The notes under the pieces are model-generated. The model searched no databases. It saw nothing but the letters and a program-made list of their open reading frames with translations, and was not told where the DNA came from. The translations under genes and the position numbers were made by a program. Positions 18,145-27,281 of a stretch of DNA of 64,000 nt are shown piece after piece. Origin of the DNA: Gammaproteobacteria bacterium (GTDB taxonomy: Bacteria; Pseudomonadota; Gammaproteobacteria; Steroidobacterales; Rariloculaceae); the NCBI GenBank assembly GCA_038125265.1, contig JAYPDM010000005.1, positions 1,702 through 65,701 of the forward strand. The letters are read 5' to 3'. The stretch's first letter is position 1. Every line of letters starts with the position of its first letter.

Positions 18145-19495
18145 CGTCAAGTTAGCTGAACTTATTTCGGTGATTGAGTCTGAAAAGATACCTAGCGCTA
18201 TGGTTTGTGTAACTAAAAATATAACCTTAGATACTATTGGGTGCGCATTAGCTGCAGCTAAAAGTAGCTATGCAGAGAGCTTGCTTAGTGCCAATCATCA
18301 GGGAGGATCCGGAAATATTCCGATTTGGGGATTTCAAGATGGTACCGATATGTATTCTGCCGCTCTAATCAATGGCACAAGCGCCCATGGAGAAGATTTT
18401 GATTCAAGTTTTGAGGGTTGTCCTGTGCATTCAGGCGTTGTCATCACACCTGCGATTCTCTCATTAGGCCACATGATTAATGCGACTGGTGAGGATGCTA
18501 TTAGGGCTTTAACTATTGGCCATGAAGTCATGTGTAGGCTCGGACAGTTAACGGGTACTACGGTTCATCGAAGGGGATTCCACCCGACCTCCGTTCTAGG
18601 CACATTAGCGTCAACAATGGCATGCAGTGCATTGTTGCGTCTTGAGCCTAAAGAGATGGTAAGTGCCTTAGGGATAGCTGCAAGCATGTGTTCAGGAATT
18701 ATTGAATACCTTAGTGATGGTTCATCAACAAAAAGACTGCATGCGGGATGGGCTGCCCAATCAGGAATCAGAGCAAGCTTGCTGGCACAGGCTGGATTCA
18801 CTGGACCAGAAAAATCAATCGATGGCGATCATGGAGTTTTCTTTGCGTTTTCAAGCGGCGCGAACCAAAATTATGAAATACTGACGGAAGATTTTGGTCA
18901 TAAGTGGGTTTCGATTAATACGGCAATTAAGGCCTACCCCAGCGGGACAATGACCCATCCTTTTATCGATTGTTGCTTGCAAGCTTCAAAAGAAATTAAT
19001 TTAAATGAAGTTGATGAAATTATCTGTGATGTAGGAGAGGGAACGGTACATCGACTTTGGGAGCCACTTAAATTAAAGCAAAATCCACCCAATGAATATG
19101 CCGCAAAATTTAGTACTCCTTTTTGCATGGCGCTTGCACTTCATCATAACAAGTTGAATCTAAATTCTTTTTCAGAGCTTTATTTGTCTGACAGAGAAAT
19201 TCTCAATACCGCTAATAAAATAAAATATAAAATCAATCCTGATGATCCCTACCCCAAAGAATATATCGCTAAAATTCATGTTCGATTAAGCTCGGGTCAA
19301 ATTAAAGAATACAACAAACATTGCCTAAAGGGAGGTAGGCATGAACCCCTTTCTAAGCCAGAAATTATTGCAAAATTTCAAGACAACTTGTCTTTCTCCT
19401 CGCTGAACTTGTCTAATGCAAATAAACTTATTGATCAAATTTATAGTCTTGAAGAAATTAGAGATATCAAACAGCTAAACTTAAGCTTGAGCTAG
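18122..19495 (+). CDS. MmgE/PrpD-family protein (2-methylcitrate dehydratase superfamily; substrate unknown)
   Basis: 457 aa with the N-terminal pattern typical of the family (LDTIGCALAA, ALINGTSAHGEDFD, HPTSV). Overlaps tctA by 23 nt. Confidence 0.85.
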   Translation: MSSEEVVSVKLAELISVIESEKIPSAMVCVTKNITLDTIGCALAAAKSSYAESLLSANHQGGSGNIPIWGFQDGTDMYSAALINGTSAHGEDFDSSFEGCPVHSGVVITPAILSLGHMINATGEDAIRALTIGHEVMCRLGQLTGTTVHRRGFHPTSVLGTLASTMACSALLRLEPKEMVSALGIAASMCSGIIEYLSDGSSTKRLHAGWAAQSGIRASLLAQAGFTGPEKSIDGDHGVFFAFSSGANQNYEILTEDFGHKWVSINTAIKAYPSGTMTHPFIDCCLQASKEINLNEVDEIICDVGEGTVHRLWEPLKLKQNPPNEYAAKFSTPFCMALALHHNKLNLNSFSELYLSDREILNTANKIKYKINPDDPYPKEYIAKIHVRLSSGQIKEYNKHCLKGGRHEPLSKPEIIAKFQDNLSFSSLNLSNANKLIDQIYSLEEIRDIKQLNLSLS

Positions 19496-21766
19496 TGCTT
19501 CAAGCACCCTCTCAGGTGTAAAGGGTGCCCTTCTCAAACGGATCCCGATAGCGTCGAACACAGCATTTGCAATGGCTGGGGTCACAGCCCTTATAGATGG
19601 TTCACCTGCGCCATAAGGGGGCAGATCAACATTGTTTAACAGAATAATTTCTATCTCCTCTGGGCATAAGTCAATATTGACAGTCCTGTAGCTCAACCAA
19701 TCATTACTTGTCACATGCTGGGAGCTAAATGAAACCTCCTCTAATAACGATCTGCTGATGCCATGCAAAATATTGCCCTCAATGGTTCTTCTTAACCATA
19801 ATGGATTAATAATCAGGCCTTGGTCAGAGGCAATCACAAACTTCCTAGGATAGATCCTGCCTGAAGTAAGATTGATATCAACCTCACAAATGACGGCTAC
19901 AACGGTGTTATTTCTTCTGGTGTATGCAACACCCCGACCTGATACTAAATTTGAATTTTGCTGGATTTGACTTGCAGCAACTCTTGGTTGCCATGCATAC
20001 CTCTCTGATGCAGAAATAAGCACACCTCTATCTCTCTCTTCATTTAAATATCTTAATCGAAATGCGATTGGATCTTGACTGACAGCGAAAGCCATTTCAT
20101 CAATAAAGCATTCACTAGCAAAATGAATTTGAGGGCCAAGAGGATCTCTAAGATGAGACGTTCTTAAGGGTGAAGCACGATCAAGAAGAGGTAATATTGT
20201 CTCCCAATACCTAACTTCATTAGGAAAGTTATAACGGTCTGAGGGATTTAAAAATCTCGGTGTATGATCGATTGCTAAACCAGTTTGCATTCCAGCATAA
20301 CTATGTTGCGGATTACTTTCATTGCTTTCAATGTCTCCTGCAGAAAAACCCTTAGATAAAAATTTAAATGCAATGACCTCACCATTTAAATTAAATCCAG
20401 CTGTCGCTTGATGCACCGAAGCTGGAGCCTTGGGATCCCACTGCGTACCATCGTGCCTCATACCCTGAAGTCTTATAGGTCGACCACTTAGTTTTGAAAT
20501 TAAGGCAGCATCAAGGGCGCAATCGCCTGAATCATTCCTACCATAGCTCCCAGGACCTGCAACCCAAATCGCTCGCACTTGATCTTCATCATATCCCAAT
20601 AATCTTGCGACACCCTGAGCCGCATAATGGGGTTTTTGTGTTGCCGTATATAGAATAATATTGTCATCTCTGACATCGCATACTGCACAAGCGGGCCCCA
20701 TACTGGCATGGGACTGATAAGGGAATTCATAGCTTGCTGTAATTACATTCGTCGCGTATTGAATTGCATTATTAAATTCAGATTCATCTGGCTCAACATC
20801 GGGCTCCCTCGCACCACCTGATGACCTGCGAGCTACACTCGCATTTTGTATATATTCATATAATTCATCTTGCTCGGGAAAAAGGTCCTGAGGCTCTGTC
20901 CAATTTACTTGAAGTGTATTTAGTGCTTTAATCGCATGCCATTCCTTTGGGGCAATTACAGCGAGAAAGTTACCCTGTCTAATTAATTCGGTATTAGGTA
21001 TATCAGAAATACTATCAATATCTATTTCAATAATTTCGGCTCCAGCATGGGGCGGTCTAACTATTCGTGCATGCCACATACCTGGAATCTTAACTTCGGT
21101 TATAAATTTAAAATTCCCATAAACAATATTTGTTATTTCAGGTCTCTGAAAGGAACTTCCAACAACAGAGTATTGGTCGCTTGTTTTCGGGAGAGCAAGA
21201 CTAGAGACATCTAATCCGTTCCCATATACACCATTCCAATTAAGTTTAATATCAAAATATCCATCCGATAGCAGCTCTCCATAGGACAACGACTGATTCA
21301 CATCCAGTGTACTCACCGCCATTCCGTCCCTTAATAAAATTTGTTGCGGAAGCAAGCCAAACCTTCTTGCTGCATGATTAATAATAAATCTTCTTGCCTC
21401 AGCTGCGGCTTGCACAATAGGTTTAGATCCAAGTTCAATACCAGTGCTCCCACTGCCACCACCCTGATTCACAGTAAGCAACGTATCGCCCATAATGACA
21501 TTAATATTTTCCATAGAAGCATCAAGCTCATCGGCTACCATTTGTGCGATAGCGATGTTGACTCCTTGACCCATATCCATCTTACCGAAAAAGATTTCAA
21601 CTTGATTTTGACTATCTATACGGATAAAACTATCAAGCTGTGCGGGAGACGGGCCCCTGTAAGAATGGCTTTCCTGAGCTTTAATAGCATCAGGTAATGA
21701 AAACCATACCGTAAGCGCACCGGATGTCTTTAGAAGTTCCCTTCTATTTAAATTCATTTGCATCAT
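19481..21766 (-). CDS. iorB: Molybdopterin-binding subunit of an IorB/membrane aldehyde-dehydrogenase-type Mo hydroxylase (xanthine dehydrogenase family)
   Basis: 761 aa. Twin-arginine signal MNLNRRELLKTSGALTVWFSLPDAIKAQ. ATGA-coupled to the upstream 2Fe-2S subunit gene. Confidence 0.85.
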   Translation of the reverse strand: MMQMNLNRRELLKTSGALTVWFSLPDAIKAQESHSYRGPSPAQLDSFIRIDSQNQVEIFFGKMDMGQGVNIAIAQMVADELDASMENINVIMGDTLLTVNQGGGSGSTGIELGSKPIVQAAAEARRFIINHAARRFGLLPQQILLRDGMAVSTLDVNQSLSYGELLSDGYFDIKLNWNGVYGNGLDVSSLALPKTSDQYSVVGSSFQRPEITNIVYGNFKFITEVKIPGMWHARIVRPPHAGAEIIEIDIDSISDIPNTELIRQGNFLAVIAPKEWHAIKALNTLQVNWTEPQDLFPEQDELYEYIQNASVARRSSGGAREPDVEPDESEFNNAIQYATNVITASYEFPYQSHASMGPACAVCDVRDDNIILYTATQKPHYAAQGVARLLGYDEDQVRAIWVAGPGSYGRNDSGDCALDAALISKLSGRPIRLQGMRHDGTQWDPKAPASVHQATAGFNLNGEVIAFKFLSKGFSAGDIESNESNPQHSYAGMQTGLAIDHTPRFLNPSDRYNFPNEVRYWETILPLLDRASPLRTSHLRDPLGPQIHFASECFIDEMAFAVSQDPIAFRLRYLNEERDRGVLISASERYAWQPRVAASQIQQNSNLVSGRGVAYTRRNNTVVAVICEVDINLTSGRIYPRKFVIASDQGLIINPLWLRRTIEGNILHGISRSLLEEVSFSSQHVTSNDWLSYRTVNIDLCPEEIEIILLNNVDLPPYGAGEPSIRAVTPAIANAVFDAIGIRLRRAPFTPERVLEALAQA
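19485..19505. terminator. Small hairpin inside the overlapping 3' ends of two convergent genes (possible bidirectional terminator)
   Basis: GCTTGAGC (19485-19492) pairs with GCTTCAAGC (19497-19505) with a 1-nt bulge. The TAGT loop contains the plus-strand stop codon. No clear U-tract on either side. Confidence 0.2.
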
Positions 21767-22221
21767 GTCATTTCAGATGCTCGAATGATTGCTTTGATGA
21801 TTGCAGAGTGAGATCCACATCTACACTTTAGGTTTGCAAATCGTCTTCTTATCTGATCCTCACTTGGGTTGTTGTTTTGCGCTAAAAATGAAACTGCCTC
21901 TATGATCCAACCGTTCATGCAATAACCACAAAACATCGCTTGTTCCTCAATAAACGCTTGCTGAATTGGATGTGGGTTATTTGGAGTGCCAATACCCTTA
22001 ATAGTTGTAATTTGATCCGTAATAGCCGAGATAGGAATGGAGCACGACCTCACGGGCATTTGTCCAAGCAAAACTGAACATGCTCCGCACTGTGCAAGGC
22101 CACAACCAAATTTAGGATTTTCCAGACCTAGCTCATCTCTTAAGACATAAAGAAGCGGTGTATCATCATCACATTCTACAGTTCGTAAATCCCCATCAAT
22201 ATTTAAAGTATAGGTACCCAT
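21763..22221 (-). CDS. iorA: (2Fe-2S)-binding small subunit of the Mo hydroxylase
   Basis: 152 aa. The two Cys clusters typical of the XDH small subunit: CGLAQCGACSV...C and CGYCMNG...CRCGSH. Confidence 0.9.
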   Translation of the reverse strand: MGTYTLNIDGDLRTVECDDDTPLLYVLRDELGLENPKFGCGLAQCGACSVLLGQMPVRSCSIPISAITDQITTIKGIGTPNNPHPIQQAFIEEQAMFCGYCMNGWIIEAVSFLAQNNNPSEDQIRRRFANLKCRCGSHSAIIKAIIRASEMT

Positions 22222-22297
22222 TTTATTTCCTAGTATCTCTGATGTGGCGAATTATGGACATTTATGATTAACTTAAGTAAATACAAAAAATACATAT

Positions 22298-23545
22298 ATG
22301 AATAAAAATTTACTCGTTTTCATACTAATTATATTTATCTTATTTTGCTACCTTTTCTTTGCAATGCCTAAGGGTTCTGAGGTCACCCTTGCAGCTGTAG
22401 GCGGACAAATTGGTGGACAAGATCACACCGGTCCCTATGAGGTTGATCCTAATTGGCCACTCCCGTTATCTGATTTTGATAATCATGCGGGCTGGACTTG
22501 GGGCGCTATGCAGGGAATTTTTGCAGAATCGGAGAATCGAGTTTTCCTTATCATGCGTGGAGAACTACCAGAGCTTGAAAGACCAAGAGAAGTCCCTTAT
22601 CCAGAAGTTGGACCAAGCTTATCTTATCCCGTAACTGGAACTCCTTTTAGAAATGCCTCTGTTGGGCCAATTACAAGTCCTGGTAATACAGGACCGGACG
22701 GTTGGTCGGAATGGCAGGGTACGCTTGGCGTGGATGCGCGGTGGGAACATATTATTGTCGTTGTAAATTCAAGGGGAGAAATAATTGAAGACTGGTCACA
22801 GTGGGATCACTTATTTCGTAGGCCTCATTCAATAACCATCAATCCCTATGATCCAGAAAAACATATCTGGGTCATTGACGATCGGCACCATGTCATTTAT
22901 GAGTTTTCAAATGATGGGTCTGAGCTTTTAAGAACTATGGGTGAGCCTGGTGTTCCCGGTAATGATGCCAATCATTTTAATCGTCCAACTTTTATGACTT
23001 GGGCGCCCGATGGGACCATGTTTGTTGCTGATGGATATGCAAACTCAAGGATAGTTAAATTTTCATCCGATGGCGAATACATTACATCTTGGGGCCAGGA
23101 AGGAATTCCACCTAATGAGACAAGACCAGGATACTTTAATGCTGTTCATGGAGTTGTTCTAGATTATGCATCCGATCGTTTATTTGTGACCGATAGAAGC
23201 AATAGAAGAATCCAGGTATTTAATATGGATGGTAATTTTCTCTATGATTTTTCAACGGGTCCCTATTCTGTTCCTCAATATCTTTACATTTCTGAGGACA
23301 GGTATCTTTGGGTTGCTGACTATGCTACGAATAAAATTCTTAAGTATTCACTGGACGGTGAATTTCTCTATTCATGGGGGAGTATGGGAGAGTGGCCAGG
23401 AGGTATGTGGAATGTCCATGGTATGAGTGTGGATGAAAATAATAATTTATATATAGCTGAAGTAAATTCAGGAAGAGCTCAAAAATTTATACCCAGGCAG
23501 GATGCTAGGATGGAATTCATTACTGCAAAACCACTGATTGAATGA
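22298..23545 (+). CDS. Membrane-anchored NHL-repeat six-blade propeller, peptidyl-alpha-hydroxyglycine alpha-amidating lyase (PAL)-like
   Basis: N-terminal TM helix. Repeated NHL blades. The stretch FVADGYANSRIVKFSSDGEYITSWG...FNAVHGVVLDYASDRLFVTDRSNRRIQVF closely parallels the animal PAL core as I remember it (VSDGYCNSRIVQFSPSGKF...PHSLAL..VADRENGRIQCF). Confidence 0.75.
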   Translation: MNKNLLVFILIIFILFCYLFFAMPKGSEVTLAAVGGQIGGQDHTGPYEVDPNWPLPLSDFDNHAGWTWGAMQGIFAESENRVFLIMRGELPELERPREVPYPEVGPSLSYPVTGTPFRNASVGPITSPGNTGPDGWSEWQGTLGVDARWEHIIVVVNSRGEIIEDWSQWDHLFRRPHSITINPYDPEKHIWVIDDRHHVIYEFSNDGSELLRTMGEPGVPGNDANHFNRPTFMTWAPDGTMFVADGYANSRIVKFSSDGEYITSWGQEGIPPNETRPGYFNAVHGVVLDYASDRLFVTDRSNRRIQVFNMDGNFLYDFSTGPYSVPQYLYISEDRYLWVADYATNKILKYSLDGEFLYSWGSMGEWPGGMWNVHGMSVDENNNLYIAEVNSGRAQKFIPRQDARMEFITAKPLIE

Positions 23546-24117
23546 TAATTAAAAAGATAATATTTAGCGTACTAAGTTTATTGCTTGTTTTAGGTGGATG
23601 CAGTAGCTCAACCGTTGGCATACCAATGGTTGATCAGGTTTGGTTGAATAATACTTGTGATGCACTTCCACAATTCAAGCCTGATGCATGCGCCCTTTTA
23701 GATTATTGCGAAACAAGCAGCACGAATGATGGATCCTGTAATTGTCAAATTACTGACTCGTTCAGCAATAATGCAAGTTATGTTGGAACTTTATTAAACG
23801 GACAATTTCATGGGAACGGTGTCTATACATCTGATCAAGGTAATGTCTACAAGGGGTTATGGGATCAAGGACAAAAGCATTGTGGCGTTGAAACAGAGAA
23901 TCTTAATTATCAGGTATTCAGATACGGCCGAATCATTGAAGAAGGAAGTGGGACAGATCCTACACAAGATCGTATCAATACTACCCTCCTCGTAGTTGGA
24001 GGTGTTGTAGTCATTGGTTTATTAATCAAAGCCGGACAAGACTATTGTGATGAACAATATGAAAAATATGGTTACTATAATAGCTGTAATAACCGATACA
24101 GAAGCTCTTATTGGTAA
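23542..24117 (+). CDS. Cys-rich lipoprotein with MORN-like repeats and a C-terminal TM helix
   Basis: ATGA-coupled to the PAL-like gene. Lipobox VLGGC. YVGTLLNGQFHGNGVYTSDQGNVYKGLWDQGQKHG resembles MORN repeats. Hydrophobic TTLLVVGGVVVIGLLI lies near the C-terminus. Confidence 0.6.
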   Translation: MIIKKIIFSVLSLLLVLGGCSSSTVGIPMVDQVWLNNTCDALPQFKPDACALLDYCETSSTNDGSCNCQITDSFSNNASYVGTLLNGQFHGNGVYTSDQGNVYKGLWDQGQKHCGVETENLNYQVFRYGRIIEEGSGTDPTQDRINTTLLVVGGVVVIGLLIKAGQDYCDEQYEKYGYYNSCNNRYRSSYW

Positions 24118-24121
24118 TAAT

Positions 24122-24271
24122 ATGAAAAAAATCTTTTGTCTTTTTTTTATGCTTTCAGGATGCATTCCCTTTGTGCCTTTTGTTCAAAATAGTCATGAGA
24201 CTCAAACATGTACCGATTTAGATTACGAGTGTACCAAAGCAAGTACATATGAGGAAAAGGATAACGCCTAG
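24122..24271 (+). CDS. Mini-lipoprotein (49 aa)
   Basis: MKKIFCLFFMLSGC lipobox, and two more Cys in the mature part. The track ORF 24047-24271 was trimmed to this ATG. Its stop overlaps the next gene's GTG by 1 nt. Confidence 0.45.
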   Translation: MKKIFCLFFMLSGCIPFVPFVQNSHETQTCTDLDYECTKASTYEEKDNA

Positions 24272-25209
24272 TGGCACTCCTGCTACATAAAAAACTTAAC
24301 AATCCAGATGCATCTATTGACTGGCTTCATTTAGATGGCAATAAACCGAATTGTAGTTTAATTCTCAAAAATGAAATTAAGGAGTTTGACAAGACTATCG
24401 AAGAGGCTTTATTAGAGGTCGAAACTAGACCTCGAGTTATGGAGTTTGATGATGCTGCTATTGTTATATTAAGAGGTCTTAATTTTAATGATGCTGCTGA
24501 TATTGAGGATATGGTTTCTATAAGACTGTGGATTCAATCAGATAAGATAATTACAGTTCAAAGGCGCCAGCTGCAATCAATACGCGATATTGAAAAATCA
24601 ATTGACTCTGGACAAGGACCAAAAACGACCGCCGGATTTTTATGTAATCTGCTTGAGGGTCTCAATGATCGACTCACGACACAGTATTTAGAGATAGAGT
24701 CAAAATATGAAAATATGGAGGAAATGCTTTTAAATATTAACTCTCTTTCTGCAGTATCAAATAATCAAAATTATATTAATGAAATTAATGATTATCGAAG
24801 AATGGTCGTACTCATTAATCGTTTTCTGGTTCCTCAAAGTATTGCTATTGCAAAGATTAGAAGGATTGCATTTACCTGGATTGAGGATAGGCATGCTCGC
24901 TATCTTGAAGATGCACATAATGATACCGAAAGAATCATTGAAGAGCTTCAACTTCTGGTTTCAAGGTTTCAATTATTGAGAGAAGAATTAAATTCTATTG
25001 AAAACCAAAGAATGAATCGTCACTCACATACCTTGACGATTATCGCCTCCATCTTTCTCCCCTTGACTTTTCTTACTGGCGTCATGGGAATGAATGTGTC
25101 CGGCATTCCAATGGCTAGCGAATCATCAGCATTTCTGCTCTTATCGCTTCTTTTCTTTGTCGTGATTTTGATTCAGGTATTAATTTTTAAAAAATTTAAA
25201 TGGTTTTAG
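24271..25209 (+). CDS. zntB: CorA-superfamily divalent cation channel, ZntB-like
   Basis: 312 aa. Two C-terminal TM helices flank GVMGMNVSGIP (GMN motif). The N-terminal ETRPR...LRGLN pattern fits ZntB better than CorA. GTG start. Confidence 0.8.
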   Translation: MALLLHKKLNNPDASIDWLHLDGNKPNCSLILKNEIKEFDKTIEEALLEVETRPRVMEFDDAAIVILRGLNFNDAADIEDMVSIRLWIQSDKIITVQRRQLQSIRDIEKSIDSGQGPKTTAGFLCNLLEGLNDRLTTQYLEIESKYENMEEMLLNINSLSAVSNNQNYINEINDYRRMVVLINRFLVPQSIAIAKIRRIAFTWIEDRHARYLEDAHNDTERIIEELQLLVSRFQLLREELNSIENQRMNRHSHTLTIIASIFLPLTFLTGVMGMNVSGIPMASESSAFLLLSLLFFVVILIQVLIFKKFKWF

Positions 25210-25819
25210 TCTGAATTACTTCTATTAAGTTCATAATGATAGATGCAGTAGCTCCCCATATGATTAGATCTTCAAAATAAAACTCGTAAATTCTAAATTG
25301 AGTTTCATGTCGCATGATTATCTTTTCTTTTTGATTTTTGTTTTCAAGAAAGAACTCTAGGGGAGCAGAAAATACCTTCTCTACCTCTTTAGATTTAATT
25401 TGTAATTCATATTCAGAATCGACCATTCCTACAATTGGTGAGATTTGAAAACCCGTGCCAGTAATGAATGAATCTAATTTCCCTAAAACTTTAACTTGAT
25501 GTTGTTGAATATTAATCTCTTCATATGACTCCCTTAGTGCGCATGCTTCAATACTTTTATCGCTATCATCAATGCGGCCCCCAGGAAAACAAATTTGCCC
25601 TGCATGACTCTTTAAATTTTCATTTCTCTTCGTAAATATAAGATGCAATTTACCATCAATAACCTGAATGGGGACCAGCACTGCAGATTCAGTATTTTTT
25701 TTATTGAGAAAAGCTAACCAGCTTGCACTTAATGGACTTTTTAAGTCCCTTAAAGTTCTAAATTTTGGGTTAAGGTGTGGGATGTAACTTTTTAGTCTCT
25801 CCTCAATTTGAGCGCTCAT
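25196..25819 (-). CDS. nudL: NUDIX hydrolase, CoA pyrophosphatase-like
   Basis: Nudix box GGRIDDSDKSIEACALRESYEEINI, preceded by LKSHAGQICFPGG, which is typical of the NudL/PCD1 group. Confidence 0.75.
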   Translation of the reverse strand: MSAQIEERLKSYIPHLNPKFRTLRDLKSPLSASWLAFLNKKNTESAVLVPIQVIDGKLHLIFTKRNENLKSHAGQICFPGGRIDDSDKSIEACALRESYEEINIQQHQVKVLGKLDSFITGTGFQISPIVGMVDSEYELQIKSKEVEKVFSAPLEFFLENKNQKEKIIMRHETQFRIYEFYFEDLIIWGATASIIMNLIEVIQTKTI

Positions 25820-25822
25820 TTA

Positions 25823-27202
25823 TTAACTAATTCCGCCTTTAGTCAATTTCATGGGATCTAACAGTTTGATTAACTCTCTCTCCTCAAGCTCTGTCTCCTC
25901 AAGTGCAACCTCAAGAATAGGCCTTTTCTCTTGATAGGCTTTTTTAGCAATTTGAGCACCCTTATCATAGCCAATGACAGCATTTAAGGCTGTCACCAAT
26001 ATTGGATTTTTATTCAATGCTTTGTTAATGCTTTCAGTGTTAACTTTAAATCCAGCAATAGCCTTATCGGCAAGAGCCATGGAAACATTGCTAAGAATAA
26101 GAGCAGATTCGTCAATATTGTGTAAAACGAGGGGAAGCATCACATTAAGCTGAAAATTACCTGATTGTCCTGCAATCGTAATCGCGGCATCATTGCCAAT
26201 GACTTGTGCAGAAACCATGGCTGTAGCCTCTGGAATCACAGGATTAACTTTACCTGGCATGATACTGCTCCCAGGCTGCAAGGCAGGTAATTCTATCTCT
26301 CCTAAACCCGCTAAGGGACCGCTATTCATCCACCTAAGGTCATTTGCAATTTTCATTAAAGAAACAGCAAGATTTTTAAACTTTCCTGATAATTCAACTA
26401 TGCTATCAACCGAACTGAGCCCTTCGAATAAATTTTCTGATTGAGTAAACTTTATTTGTGTTTGGCCGGACAGCCATTCATTTACATAGTCAGTCAATTT
26501 TGGATCAGCATTGATACCCGTACCTACTGCTGTGCCTCCAAGCGCGATGGCACTAATTCTAGGTATCGACTCTTCAATTCTGTTTATGTTTGCTTGAATT
26601 TGTTGCGCCCAACCAGACAATTCTTGACCAAAAGTTACGGGCATCGCATCCATTAAATGTGTTCTACCAGTCTTTACATCATCTTTAAGTTCAATTGATT
26701 TTGCGTCAATTGTTTGATGAAGATGCTTCAAGGATGGAATCAAGCTCTCTACAACGAGCAAGGTTGCTGTAATATGGATAACCGTAGGAATAACGTCATT
26801 GCTACTCTGACCCATATTCACATGATCGTTTGGATGCACTTTCTCGCCTAATTTTGCAGAGGAGATATTAGCAATAACCTCATTTGCATTCATATTTGAG
26901 CTTGTTCCTGAGCCAGTTTGGAATATATCGACAGGAAACTCTTTATCATGATGTCCATTTGCAATTTCCAAGGATGCATCAATAATTGCGTCAGCAAATT
27001 TTTCATCCAAGTGTCCTAACTTTTTATTACCATAAGCTAATGCTGCCTTGAGTAATCCTATCGATCTGATCGCATTTCTAGATAAAACAAGACCACTTAT
27101 CGGAAAATTGTTTACGGCTCTTTGGGTTTGTGCTGACCAGAGCGCTTGAGATGGGACCTCTAACTCTCCCATGCTATCTTTTTCAATACGAAACTTTGAC
27201 AT
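25823..27202 (-). CDS. fumC: Class II fumarate hydratase
   Basis: 459 aa. N-terminal RIEKDSMGELEVPSQALWSAQTQRA and signature GSSIMPGKVNP. Confidence 0.92.
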   Translation of the reverse strand: MSKFRIEKDSMGELEVPSQALWSAQTQRAVNNFPISGLVLSRNAIRSIGLLKAALAYGNKKLGHLDEKFADAIIDASLEIANGHHDKEFPVDIFQTGSGTSSNMNANEVIANISSAKLGEKVHPNDHVNMGQSSNDVIPTVIHITATLLVVESLIPSLKHLHQTIDAKSIELKDDVKTGRTHLMDAMPVTFGQELSGWAQQIQANINRIEESIPRISAIALGGTAVGTGINADPKLTDYVNEWLSGQTQIKFTQSENLFEGLSSVDSIVELSGKFKNLAVSLMKIANDLRWMNSGPLAGLGEIELPALQPGSSIMPGKVNPVIPEATAMVSAQVIGNDAAITIAGQSGNFQLNVMLPLVLHNIDESALILSNVSMALADKAIAGFKVNTESINKALNKNPILVTALNAVIGYDKGAQIAKKAYQEKRPILEVALEETELEERELIKLLDPMKLTKGGIS

Positions 27203-27281
27203 TTAATTATTCCTCAGCCATTTTTTTAAAAGTTTGCCATAAAAACATAATGATTCTATAAAATATTATATAATTTGTTCT

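Noticed and set aside
21763-22221. The IorA-like 2Fe-2S subunit as the missing partner of the orphan Mo large subunit at 48240-50645.
   Set aside because: It is ATGA-coupled to its own Tat-signal IorB-type large subunit 26 kb away. Sharing is possible but nothing in the sequence supports it, so it is kept only as a hypothesis to test.
22271-22278. 8-bp palindrome ACTTAAGT in the iorA / PAL-like divergent spacer.
   Set aside because: It is a single short palindrome with no extended arms or second copy, which is within chance expectation.
24047-24121. Upstream part of track ORF 24047-24271.
   Set aside because: It overlaps the 3' end of the MORN-lipoprotein gene in another frame. A lipobox signal peptide starts at the ATG at 24122, which gives a cleaner gene model.
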